Of a DNA stretch of 64,000 bases, positions 11,321 to 22,224 are shown piece after piece. This stretch comes from Yuukianura sp. NJ FZ-2021 (lineage: Eukaryota), in NCBI GenBank assembly GCA_046563655.1, contig CM102283.1:248001-312000 (forward strand), given 5' to 3'. Under the pieces are notes generated by a model. That model saw only the letters and a program-made list of their open reading frames with translations, made no database searches and was not told the DNA's origin. The stretch's first letter is position 1. Every line of letters begins with the position of its first letter. The position numbers and the translations under genes were made by a program.

Positions 11321-12082
11321 ATGTCGAAATCATTTTATGTAACACTTCAGTCAAACGCTTCGGCAAACTTTTTGAACAATAAAATTTGTGATTTCAAAAA
11401 TCGACTTGGTACGGCAATTTCATTACCTCCAGGGCAATGGGAGTTGGCGCTAACGGATATCAGCTATACTGCGGGAATATCTTACATTAGTAAAGGTGAG
11501 TTGTTGTTTGTGAAATATCCCAACTCAAATTCTGTGCGAACGAGTGAAATTACAGCCAAACAGACTGCGGCTTCACTAAATGAAGTTGAACAAGTTCTTT
11601 CCTCAGCGTTGCCAAACTCAACTTGGCAAATTACAAGAACTGGAGTCAGCTACTCGCTTACACTTGAGACACCACAAGAAAAAGTTGAAACGACAGAAAA
11701 GATTAAGGATTTGCTGGGATTACGTACTACCGATTTGACGTGTCCAAAAAACACGTTTAAAGAGTTAAAAACAAAGTGTACTGGACGTAACGTTTTTCCA
11801 ATATTTCTATTATCTGGAAATACGAAATTGTTTGTGTATTGCAATCTCGCACGTCCACAGTTTATTGGCGATACAATGGCGCCATGCTTACGGGTTCTGA
11901 CATATAGCGGCGAAAACCGAGAGCAAAGACATCACGAATTTATTAATCCTCAATATGTGGATTTGGCTGTTTCTGAATTTGACATCATCCACATGTATAT
12001 ATTAAACGAGATGGGCGAAGTTGCGCCATTACAATTTGGGAACGTGACTGCTACACTACGATTTCGAGAAAAGAAAATATGA
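11321..12082 (+). CDS. Polinton minor capsid (penton-like) protein
   Basis: FYVTLQSNAS...F.NRL...L..QWELAL.DISY; LFVYCNL..PQFIGD..APCLR; F.NPQY; TLRFR. Confidence 0.85.
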   Translation: MSKSFYVTLQSNASANFLNNKICDFKNRLGTAISLPPGQWELALTDISYTAGISYISKGELLFVKYPNSNSVRTSEITAKQTAASLNEVEQVLSSALPNSTWQITRTGVSYSLTLETPQEKVETTEKIKDLLGLRTTDLTCPKNTFKELKTKCTGRNVFPIFLLSGNTKLFVYCNLARPQFIGDTMAPCLRVLTYSGENREQRHHEFINPQYVDLAVSEFDIIHMYILNEMGEVAPLQFGNVTATLRFREKKI

Positions 12083-12464
12083 GGGCAAACTATCAATACG
12101 GAGGATTTCAAGATGGCCGCCTTTTCTTCTCAGGCGTTCGCCGTCAGCGAGGGGCTGGCCTGGCAGGCATATTTGGAGCTGTGGCAAGATACCTTTTGCC
12201 ATTCTTGAAGAAATTTGTTTTACCACATGCGGCTACATATGGGTGACGTCAGTTGCTAAGGATAAGGTAGCTAAAAAGCAACCGCTTACGTCATCAATCA
12301 AGGAACATGGAAAACAAGCACTAAAGCGGGTCGGATCAGCTATTCTCTATCTGTCCGGTTCTGGAAAGCGAACGAAACGCAGCGCCATCCATGTTCCATT
12401 GCTCAAAACAAAACGAAAAATTCCAGTCAAATTCTCGCCTAAAAAAGGACGTTACTTATTTTAA
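12079..12464 (+). pseudogene. Basic core/membrane-active virion protein (QRGAG motif), frameshifted in copy A
   Basis: Homologous to intact 40594..40977, with +2 nt near 12236-12242. Confidence 0.7.
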
Positions 12465-12469
12465 AAAAG

Positions 12470-13771
12470 ATGGCTGTTCCCTACACATTTATCCGCTCTG
12501 AAACGCAATTGTTTGATGAGCCGCAATATGACGTCAGCTTAGCATCCACTCATTGCTCAGAGCACTACCCCATTACGTCAATTTCTGATCAAAACTCACC
12601 GATTGAGTTCTTTTTGCAAAGCAACGACTCACAATGGATTGATTTGGCAGAAACTAAGTTGTACATCAAAGCCAAGGTTGTAAAACCGGATGGAACAAAT
12701 TTTGCTGCAACCGATTCGATTACTACAGTCAACAACACCCTACACTCCATGTTCAATCAAGTGTCGATTTGGTTGAATGAACTTTTGATAACCCCAGCGT
12801 CAAATCAATATGCCTATCGAGCATATTTGGATACTCTTTTGAGTTACAACAAGGAATTCAAGAAATCGCAGGCTCAGTGTGCTTTGTATTTTCGCGAAAC
12901 TGACCCTGCAAACACTGATTCTAAAAAGGAGGATGGTTACAAGAGCAGATTCGAACTAACAAATACTTCCAAAGTATTTGAAATGATTGGTCGTCCATTT
13001 TGTGACATTTTTCTGCAAAACAAATATTTAATTCCGGGGGTTGACATGCGCATTAGTTTTGCTCGGTCAAGCCCAGAGTTTTGTCTCTTTGCTCCAGCTG
13101 ATACGAAAGCTAAAGTTGTTGTAACAGAAGCTCGACTCTTGGTGAAAAGACACACTTTGCTACCAGATTTGTTGACTGCCACGATTCAAAACATGGATAA
13201 GGGTCGTCATGCAACATATCCACTGAAGCGCGTCGAAATTAAATCGTACTCATTGTCACAAGGAAGTGTCGGCGACGTTAACGATTCGCTGCTGACTGGC
13301 ATGTTACCAGACAGAATCCTTGTCGTGATGGTGAGCTCCAAGGCATTCAACGGAGACGTCACGAAGAACCCTCTAGAATTTCAAGCTTTCAACTTATCAA
13401 GAGTCGAGGTTACAGTCAACGATGACATGACGTCATACCTCCCCTTACAGGTTGACATTAGTGGCGGCACCTACATTCAACTTTACAATAACCTTTTTGA
13501 GGGGTTGGGAATTTCAAACGATGACGTCGGCTTGGATATAACCCGGGAGTCTTTTAAAAAACACCCACTAATGCTTTACAACCTCCGCCACATTCGTGAC
13601 GGATTTGCATTGCCCAAATACGGTAACGTGAAAATTGACCTCAAGTTCAAGGAAGCCTTGACGGAAGCCGTAACTGTCCTTGTGTACGCGGAATATCAGT
13701 CTGTCCTCTACATTGACAAGAGCAAAAACGTCTACTTTAAGGATTTTTCAAACCACAACGCTATTCAATGA
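12470..13771 (+). CDS. Polinton major capsid protein (double jelly-roll, hexon-like)
   Basis: 433 aa intact. PIEFF...IDLAET.LYIK.KV, VNNTLHSMFNQV, YAYRAYLDTLL.Y, LP.RILVVMV...AFNG...NP.EF, VLVYAEY. Lies between penton and protease. Confidence 0.9.
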   Translation: MAVPYTFIRSETQLFDEPQYDVSLASTHCSEHYPITSISDQNSPIEFFLQSNDSQWIDLAETKLYIKAKVVKPDGTNFAATDSITTVNNTLHSMFNQVSIWLNELLITPASNQYAYRAYLDTLLSYNKEFKKSQAQCALYFRETDPANTDSKKEDGYKSRFELTNTSKVFEMIGRPFCDIFLQNKYLIPGVDMRISFARSSPEFCLFAPADTKAKVVVTEARLLVKRHTLLPDLLTATIQNMDKGRHATYPLKRVEIKSYSLSQGSVGDVNDSLLTGMLPDRILVVMVSSKAFNGDVTKNPLEFQAFNLSRVEVTVNDDMTSYLPLQVDISGGTYIQLYNNLFEGLGISNDDVGLDITRESFKKHPLMLYNLRHIRDGFALPKYGNVKIDLKFKEALTEAVTVLVYAEYQSVLYIDKSKNVYFKDFSNHNAIQ

Positions 13772-14097
13772 ACACCGAAGAAATTTATGGATATCTCGAC
13801 TGTTTTCTTAGAAAACAGCAATGTACTTACAGCGTTATTCCAAGCGACTATCTTTCAAGGTTTAAAAAGTCCTCCTACCCTTTGTGTTTAATCGTAAACT
13901 CAATGGACAGCACCCATCCTGGATTACATTGGCTAGCGCTCTACAAGCAATCAGAGGACTCTCCTTTAATTTTTATGGATTTTTATGGGGGTCAAATGGA
14001 TGATTATGGAACCTACTTTTCCGAATTTGCAAAAGGATTTCAAGTTATTCAAGGACGTCGACGACTTCAAAGCTATGAGAGCAACGTTTGCGGACAC
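13768..14097 (+). pseudogene. Adenain-type cysteine protease, truncated just after the catalytic Cys
   Basis: LIVN.....PGLHWLALY, FMDFYG, LQSYESNVCGH, followed directly by retroelement sequence. Confidence 0.85.
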
Positions 14098-15920
14098 AGT
14101 CACAGAAATTCGCAACTTAAGGTTTATAGGTCATAAATTGACACCTTAAATTACATTGTTTGTGCCACGAGGTACTAAACTGCAAAAAAAAACATAATAA
14201 ATCCGGAAGACTAAACTAAATTGGTGACAAAAAGGAAAACATTCTAAAAACAAACAAAATGTGAAGGCCGTTAGGCATCAATTTACTTTATTCTTTTTCT
14301 AAACCTGTAAGGCAGCGATTATAAAACAATGTAATAAAAATTGATTGGGAAATGACTTCTAAAACTTTAGTTAAGTGCTAATGTGTGCAAGGAGGGATAG
14401 AAGAAGGCTAATCGTGATTCCTGTTCATCCGTGAATTTAACTAACATGAGACAAACGAGTTAACGCGTGGTGGAGAGCCGTTGTACACAAAAAGAAAATA
14501 ACAAAATGTTTATTAACTTCTAGGCTCCGTCGATTTTTAATTAAGATGTGAGTGTGATTCTTCCAATTCAATGCCACTAGGTATTGCCAAATCTCCTTTT
14601 GGCAACTCGAATTCAACTTTACCTATAAAATGTTTCGCAGCATAAACTTTTGTTCAAGATGATATTTGAGATACTGTGGTACTTTTCAAGGTTCTCAGCT
14701 CAAAAGTGACACAGATTCTACATTCCTATCGACATATTGATACACTAAATTGTTATGCGTAACTTAGCCCGAGGCGTAAAATGCTAAAGCTGTTTTTGTA
14801 AAATGTAAGGGTCAACAAGTTCAACGGGCCACTTCGAATAAGTGCCCTACCCTGATGACCGCTTTTTGACGGGGCGTGGTCACTTGGCGCTGAAAGGCCA
14901 ATTGTATTTGTAGGTATTGAAAGTTTGACCCTTAAGGGGTCCGTAGATTGTAGAGTTGACCCCTGGTCAACTCCAGAAATGATCTGGAAAAGAGGACTGA
15001 TCGCGAGTAGGACTGGAAACAGACTGATCTTTATTCTCTGAATAAACCCAATAAACCAGTAGCAGCTACATCCGAATGGCTACAAGTGGAGAAAGGTAGC
15101 TGTAGCGTCGTTCGAATTCTGTCAGACGGATTATGTGTCGGCATGTCTGAATTTTGACAACTTTTGTATTCTATTGGATGATTATGTATACTATTGTTAG
15201 AAAACGTACAACAGAATACTTATTTACTACTTTGTCGCGCCTGAGCAGAATGTGGAACGCTGTAAGAAAGCTACATAAGGTACTGAAGTTGCTCTTGTTT
15301 AGAAATTGTGATCAACATCAGTTGATTACAAATTCGGCTGTTTAATTTTAATTACTAACTTACATTTATCACTTGTTTATAGTTTCTGCAATAATACAAC
15401 GATAGTCCCTGTATCTTTACTGTAGTTGCGTTATTTTTGTTTTTGGTTAAAATGACTCAAAGGTACAGATTGATCTTAAATGCCTAAGAAATCGAGGTTC
15501 TGGAGAAACCATCGAAAGAGTTTGTCTAACGATCTTTTGTGTCATCATTGTCCTCGTTCTTCAATTAAATTTCAAGTTACTCAACTTTAGAACTGCTGAA
15601 GACGACAGTTCGAGCTACATCACATCAAGTAAGCAGTGACACTTCAGTCTGAGATTCCAGGGATACTAGAATTGAAAGGTCAACCTGCGCGTAAGTGTTT
15701 AACCTAGTACATGAATTTACGAAAAATTGAGTTGCATGGGATAAGACCAAATACTATCCTACAGTACCAGTATTTCATTCCAGCTTCTTAGTACAATTCT
15801 ATAAAACAAAATCCCTAAGACTTTACTAGTTACCGATATACCCTCACTTTTGAGACTGGTTTGGACAATTCCATCGGATGTTGCCTAAATTATTATTATA
15901 TTTTTATTTGTCATAGAATC

Positions 15921-17948
15921 ATGAATGTTAACGGTCGTATGAAGCTGTACACACCCAGGCATATCAGACGTAAAGCTCTTCAATCAGCCAGGCGAATGTC
16001 AGGGCAGATTAGACAAGTCCGACTGTTTCCGACTCCGGATGTTCCAATTGGTCTGACTGGTATCGAGCAGGGCTCCGCTACTGTTTCATCCGATGTGCAT
16101 GAGGAAATTAACGGAATCATTAATAGTGTTAGCAGTGGCAGTGATAATGATGAAAGGGATTTGGCAGATTCTTCTGAAGTTCCTAGCTCATCAAAGGTTG
16201 ACACGATTAGTGAATCCCTTCGGAATTGGGCGCTGAGGAATAATGTGACTCATTCCGCGTTGACTGATCTCCTACGTGTTCTTTCCGAGTTTAACGTTTC
16301 TGATACCCTGCCAAGAGATGCTCGTACGCTTTTACAAACACCGCGAAGTGTAGTGGTTCGTGACATGCCTCCTGGTACTTATTGTCATTTCGGACTAAGG
16401 GCAAGGATTGAAAGTTTACTTTTAAAATATCAAGAAGTAGCAAATACATGCCCGCCTTCTCTGCTACATTTACAGTTCAACATCGATGGACTACCGTTAT
16501 TTAAAAGTAGCTCCGAGCAGGTCTGGCCCATTCTTTGTCATATTTGTGAATTAACTTTTCCACCATTTGTTATTGGCATCTTCTGTGGATCGGGAAAACC
16601 AGAAAGTGTTGAGTTATATTTGGAAGAGTTTGTAAACGAACTTTTCGAATTGACACAGTGTGGAATTCAAACCGATACTTTACATCATGATGTTTGCATC
16701 AAGAGCTTCGTTTGTGATGCTCCGGCTCGGGCATACATTTTAGGAATCAAGTCTCATTCTGGCTATTCATCTTGTGGAAAGTGTTGGATTTCCGGTGACT
16801 ACGTGCGAAATAGGGTTGTGTTTTCCGGCGTCAATTTCAAACTAAGAACAAATGAGGAATTTCGAAATCACGTAGATGAAGACCACCATTTAAAGCATTC
16901 GCCACTTGAAGTACTCACATCTCTAGATTTGGTAAAGGCAGTTCCATACGAATTTATGCATTTAGTGTGCTTAGGTGTCATGAGGAAGTTGATCTTACTG
17001 TGGCTTCGTGGTAACGTTACAGATTTCAGACTGGCTAGTGGAAGTGTCGACATAATTTCTGAAAATCTCCTGGCACTTGCTTCCCAAACTTGTGTTGAGT
17101 TTAATAGGAAGCCTAGATCATTAAGGGAAGTTGATCGCTGGAAGGCTACCGAATTTAGGCATTTTCTTCTGTACAGTGGTTTAATAGTGACAAAGAGTGT
17201 GCTACCACCAGAGCATTATGATTTGTTGTGTGTTCTATCTGTGGCAATTAGAATTCTGGCAACAAAATCTCTATGTATGAAGCTAAATAGTTATTCAAAT
17301 TCTTTACTTCTTCATTTTATCAAGAAATTCGAGAAACTATATGGAAGACACAACATGTCCTATAACGTCCACGGTCTCCAGCACCTTGCAGAAGATGTGA
17401 GAAACCATGGAGCTTTGGATTCGTTCAGTGCATTCAAGTTTGAGAACTTCCTAGGAGTGTTAAAAAAATTCGTTAAATGTCCAAAGACTCCTATCAAGCA
17501 GTTGCACAACCGCTTAACTGAACATTTTAATTCAGAACCGTTACAAATTTGTAAAACAAACAAGCCAGAATTACATCAGCAGCATTATCTAGGTCCAGTT
17601 CCTACAGGGTTTAAATGTGATCAGTTCAAGTCTCTGAGCTTAAACCAATTTACTTTGAAGCGCAAGGTTCCTGATTGTTTTTGTGAGGTGAAAAGTGGTT
17701 CTATAATTCAAGTGAAAAACATTTGTCGTTCTTCCGAAACAAATTTAGTTTACGTTTTTGGACTTGAGTTTCAATCCAAATCATCAGTGTTTCGACATCC
17801 TTGTGACTCGAAGCTTCTTGACATTTTCAAACTGAGTAATCTAAGTGAGGAGTTAAAGTTGTGGGAAATAAGTTCTATTATTCAGAAACATCAAGTTTAC
17901 AAACTGAATAATGAAACATTTGCTTTTCCATTAGTTCACTCTCAATAA
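15921..17948 (+). CDS. EnSpm/CACTA-type DDE transposase
   Basis: NIDGLPLFKSS...WPIL, FVCDAPARA, H.GY..C.KC, YEFMHLVCLGV, WKATEFR.FLLY, YNVHGL.HL, SAFKFENFL. Uninterrupted ORF (ORF track starts at 15861). Confidence 0.9.
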   Translation: MNVNGRMKLYTPRHIRRKALQSARRMSGQIRQVRLFPTPDVPIGLTGIEQGSATVSSDVHEEINGIINSVSSGSDNDERDLADSSEVPSSSKVDTISESLRNWALRNNVTHSALTDLLRVLSEFNVSDTLPRDARTLLQTPRSVVVRDMPPGTYCHFGLRARIESLLLKYQEVANTCPPSLLHLQFNIDGLPLFKSSSEQVWPILCHICELTFPPFVIGIFCGSGKPESVELYLEEFVNELFELTQCGIQTDTLHHDVCIKSFVCDAPARAYILGIKSHSGYSSCGKCWISGDYVRNRVVFSGVNFKLRTNEEFRNHVDEDHHLKHSPLEVLTSLDLVKAVPYEFMHLVCLGVMRKLILLWLRGNVTDFRLASGSVDIISENLLALASQTCVEFNRKPRSLREVDRWKATEFRHFLLYSGLIVTKSVLPPEHYDLLCVLSVAIRILATKSLCMKLNSYSNSLLLHFIKKFEKLYGRHNMSYNVHGLQHLAEDVRNHGALDSFSAFKFENFLGVLKKFVKCPKTPIKQLHNRLTEHFNSEPLQICKTNKPELHQQHYLGPVPTGFKCDQFKSLSLNQFTLKRKVPDCFCEVKSGSIIQVKNICRSSETNLVYVFGLEFQSKSSVFRHPCDSKLLDIFKLSNLSEELKLWEISSIIQKHQVYKLNNETFAFPLVHSQ

Positions 17949-19677
17949 TGTCGTTTCCCCGGTACTGGATTCTGGCTCACTTTCCGGATTCAGGAGAATA
18001 CGAAGTAGCCCCATCTTCATGGCTTGCAGAAGACGGATTTACTTGTTTTTGGCCACCATGGAAGAACATGTCAAAAGTAGTAGCAGCGGTGGAAAAAAAT
18101 ATTCCGTTGGACCCTTCCTGGCCTTCATATCGTTTCAGAATTATTGGAAATAAAATATTTGGTAAATTCGATTTTTAAAATTCGATCATACGGAATTTGA
18201 AGTAACTTTTCAATTGTTTTTTTTTTCAGACAACTACGAGGCTGCCGCGAGCAAGTTAGAAAATGCAGCCTACACTTCTGACTTCAGTGAAAATGAGGTG
18301 CCTGCAAAGCGACGGCAGCAAAAGAAGAGAAGTTATTCCAGCTCTCCAGAATCTTCAACAAATCAAGTCAACGGGAAAAATACACGTGATCGATTACCAG
18401 AGTTTCCAAAAGGTTTGCGAGATACCTAATTTATTCTCATTCTGACGTGTAGTATCGTTACTTTAATTTCATTTCTTACATTTGTAGATATTGCATGTGA
18501 GCTAGACGAATCCTCATTTACCCTGGGAATAGTTGCGGATGAGGCTGAAGTGACGATAACTCAGGGACAAAGTACCGCCAACACCAATGTCGGCACACAA
18601 AGTTCTGTGTCAGCTGTTGTAGTAAAGCACAATCAAGGCACAGAAACTCAAATCATGCCAGGTCCGACCCACTTACTATAAATTTAATTCTAAAAGTAGA
18701 TTTTTCTTGATTAATATAACCTCGTTTTCTAGTTACAGTATCACATCCCCTACCAGTGTCGGACGCTGTTTTCGAAGACAGAGAAGCTGTACTTGACACT
18801 ACAAATGGTAAATTACAATACGATAGCAACATAAATCAATAATCACTTCCACATGAAAACCAAAACATAGTGTTATTGGTATGTCATTTTTTTGTAGGTA
18901 TGATAAGCTACCTTCTCAAGAAACTGGAGTCTCAGGATCTTTTGTTACGTCAAATGCATGCAAAAATGGACAAGGTTTGTCGTCAGTATAAGCTTAAGAA
19001 TTCTGTCTAATTCAAAGCTCAGTAGTCATTTCATCTAAACTTCTTCAGTTTACTAAAGTTCGACTTTTTTTAAATACAGCTGATCAACATCGTGGTGTCA
19101 CTCAGTACCAAGGATCAATCCGCAGTACATCACGACCGTACTGGACTTCCAACATTTCCTATTGGAGAAATTGAATCCCTTGAAGCCTTGAACGAAAAGG
19201 TTGCTGGCGACATAACAATGAAGGAAAAGCTGGTATGCTTATGCCAGTTTGTACAAAACACTTATATTTTGAATGTACAGTTTCTTTTAGCTAACCAAAA
19301 TTATTATATATCTAGGTAACATACTTTCAACTGATAGGAGGAATGGATGCTGAAAATGGAATTAGGAGAATGATTGACCATTTTCTCACCGTGGAAATTC
19401 GTACTAAGCTCACATGGTGCGGCACAGCGCAAAAGAAGGGCTTCAAATTTTATGAATTTCCACGTATTATACTTGGTGAGTAACGTCTAACAAAATAAAT
19501 ACTGCATATTAGCACTTCTTTACTCAGTCTTTTGTCGTAGATGCTCTTGCGAAGAACAATTTGACGGCGATTGGAGCTACAGAAGCTCTAGTACAAAGTG
19601 TTTGCATGACCAAGTTCAAAAACGCAGCCAATGCAGTAAAAATCAAGGACAAGCGAGGCAACGATCATAGAGATTGA
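17948..19677 (+). CDS. Multi-exon accessory ORF2 of the CACTA element (DUF4806-like)
   Basis: VAPSSWL...CFWPP N-terminus; GT-AG introns of roughly 60-150 nt; last exon ...KFKNAANAVKIKDKRGNDHRD* ends at 19677. Exon boundaries are approximate. Confidence 0.65.
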
Positions 19678-20324
19678 ACAATGAAGGGGCAAAACTTGGA
19701 ACCTTAATTTAGTGTAGGCATCACGAAATTAAATAACTCATCTTCATTTCATTAAGGTAAAATGCAATTTATTTTGTGAGCTCCCCGTTTTCGCTTATCT
19801 CAAACAACTTTATTATAATCAATTAGTTTTAGCAGCTCGAACTGTTAGTTTTTACTGTTTTTAGAGAAATAAACTTCTCGGACTTAAAATTCGCTTTTGA
19901 GTGCATTTTTTTTAACTCCCACATGTGGACGTCGAAAAGGTGTAACATGTAGCACATTATCAGAACGCTACGGAACCTTGCCACTAGAGGTCTTTTTCGC
20001 TGCTGAAAATGTAGCTACAGTCGCAGTGAAATAGCCACCTTTCTGGCGGACATTTCACTCTGCATTAGCATTCTGATATATGTTGTAGAAACCGGGTCTT
20101 CTTTTCGACGGCAACACTTTCTCGTGTTGCCGTCTAAGATACATCTTTTAGCAATGCTGTGGTTTATTGGGAAGATCTGAATCAAAAATAAGAAATCAAA
20201 ACTAAAAGCTAAACTGTGCTGTGCGGTGTGGTCTGTCCTCCTCGTGGCTCTCTCCTCTCCTCCTCCTCCTGCTCGGACGGTGGCGAATACTGCGCCGTCA
20301 CATTCACCACGACGAGAGCCCCCT

Positions 20325-22003
20325 CTACTGGCGAAGCGTCGTCTTGCGTCTGTGTCGGTTACGATGGTGGGAAAGCCGTCTACGTCGATTCTCTTGCTGT
20401 CGTCTTTGGAGGGTGGAATTGATGAATCCCTTCCTGGCAGTCGGGTTCGGACAAGTACTGTGCTCGTGTGAAGTGTCGTGACAAAGGTAGCATCTTCTGG
20501 TGCTGATTGGTGCATCGGGAAGTGGAATTTCTGGAAATATGTCCGGCTCATCATCATAGTTCACATGGATTTCAATGTCTGGTTCTGTAGCTTGCATGTC
20601 AACATCAGGAGCTTGAATCGGCGAAATGATTTTTGGTTCTGGTACAATATGGTGTAAATTGGGAGTTGGTTCATCAGCTTCAGATTCCGTTTCTGGTTCT
20701 GATTCAGGAGTTCGTTTCTGGTTCACGACCACGATTTTACTTCTGATTTGGACATTCAAGTCAGACCAACTATCTTCGCTATCGTCGTCGGTGCTGACGT
20801 ATGATGGTGCTCTGGTTAGTGGTGCTGGAATGTTGGCGATTACATGGTAAACTTGAGCGATGGCGTCACAGATTTGATTTTGAATTTCAAGTGAACATTT
20901 GTAAATCTTAACTACGTCTTTTGGACATGAAGGAGCCACTATGGCTAAAGTTCTCATTTGATCGAATGTCATAATCCAATGTACTTGTTTGTCTAGAATT
21001 TTTGCCTGATTAAGTGCCCATTGGTACAATTTGCTAAAAATACACTTCTGAATTTGATTGAGTGCTTGTGCTTGCTTGCCTAAAACAATTTCTACCGTTG
21101 TTTTGTCACACGCACGGTACATTTTTAAAGATTTCTCCATAGATACTAGGAAAATTGGTAATTTTGCTTCTAACTTATGTACAAAGTCTAGTTGAAGGTC
21201 GCTGCCACTCGCTGCGTCCTTCCTTTTCTTAACACATTGATTCCAGATTAATATCAAACTATAACTATCATACCAAGCATATCTGAACAAATCCTGTGGT
21301 AAACGACTGAGCTTATCTCTCACTGTCCAATCTGCTGCTTGAGCATCCTTTGACACCTCTACATCAAGTAAATATTTACACATCGTGGAAAGTGAAGTAG
21401 CTTCAAATCTAGCGTCTACACCGAAAAATAACATATGATACAATTCTTGTAAGTCTATTATAGGGAAAATGAATATGTCAAAGTCACGCTGCGTCTCATG
21501 AGTTAATCATTGTCGCTGCCAACTAGAATTTTGCCAATATTCGTACAACAAAAGATTTTTGGGAGATTCTCCTTAAGCCAATTACAAATCGGGGGAACAT
21601 CTATCACAAAATCATGATCCTCTACTGAAATTTGAATAATAGTAATGAAATCTTTGTAACACTTAGTCTGATGAAACTCCACATCTACAAAAAGTAACTG
21701 TTTCTGAAGTAAAAACTCTAACATCTGATCTGCATGATAACTAGTCTTAATCCAGTGATGAGTTCTAAAATCTGGTACTTCTAATTCTCTAAATAATGAC
21801 AAATCTGGGTTCCAATTACGAATTTGATTCTCAAAGGGGTGTACTCTTGGAATTTTAGGCTCTATAGCAAAATTTACATTCTGTCTCATCTTTAAGAATT
21901 CGGGATACAAATCTTACGGTCTAGCTTCTACGGACTTCCATTTCAATTTAGCTTCTTTCTGTGCTAGTTTCCATTTCTGAGCCTGTCTCTGCTTGCTATT
22001 CAT
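20325..22003 (-). pseudogene. Rrp6/EXOSC10-like DEDDy 3'-5' exoribonuclease + HRDC + CCHC knuckle (retrotransposon extra ORF)
   Basis: HPFE; ExoI FVDVEFH; IIQISVEDHDFVID; ExoII VGSDND..QRDF; ADWTVR; ExoIII YAWYDSY; HRDC LYQWALNQAKILDKQVHWIM; CYLCHDTSHEHSTC. One stop (~21914) and one frameshift (~21495). Confidence 0.85.
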
Positions 22004-22224
22004 TTTGAGGGTACAGTCGCTGCCTGAATCGCTGCGTCTGTACTGTAAATAACCAAAAATACTAAAATTAGTCTAAATCAGAATCTTAACTAATTTCAAC
22101 CTAGCCTAAGTTATTTTCAACTTAACCTAGTAATTTCAATTTAACCTAAAATGATTTCCTTAACCTAAGGCGCCAACTAACTAAATTCTTAATCTAGCTT
22201 AACTAAGAGCTCTTCTAACCTAAC

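Larger units (their letters stand above)
5460..14097. mobile_element. Polinton/Maverick (adintovirus-like) endogenous element, copy A, decayed; no termini recognised
   Basis: Clustered pPolB, rve integrase, packaging ATPase, penton, major capsid and cysteine protease genes. Confidence 0.92.
15047..20171 (+). mobile_element. EnSpm/CACTA (CMC) DNA transposon, apparently complete, 5125 bp
   Basis: TIRs CCCAATAAACCA / TGGTTTATTGGG. A 2-bp AA TSD is deduced from the empty site gaataaagatctg at ~43556-43568. Confidence 0.9.

Noticed and set aside
20015-20557. 180-aa ORF (and 43269..43946) overlapping the end of the exonuclease ORF
   Set aside because: Alternative frame running through LTR-like and EnSpm sequence, with C-termini that differ between copies.
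20325-22003. Host EXOSC10/RRP6 gene
   Set aside because: Intronless, no recognisable PMC2NT N-terminus, highly diverged and embedded in a gypsy element, so no gene symbol was assigned.
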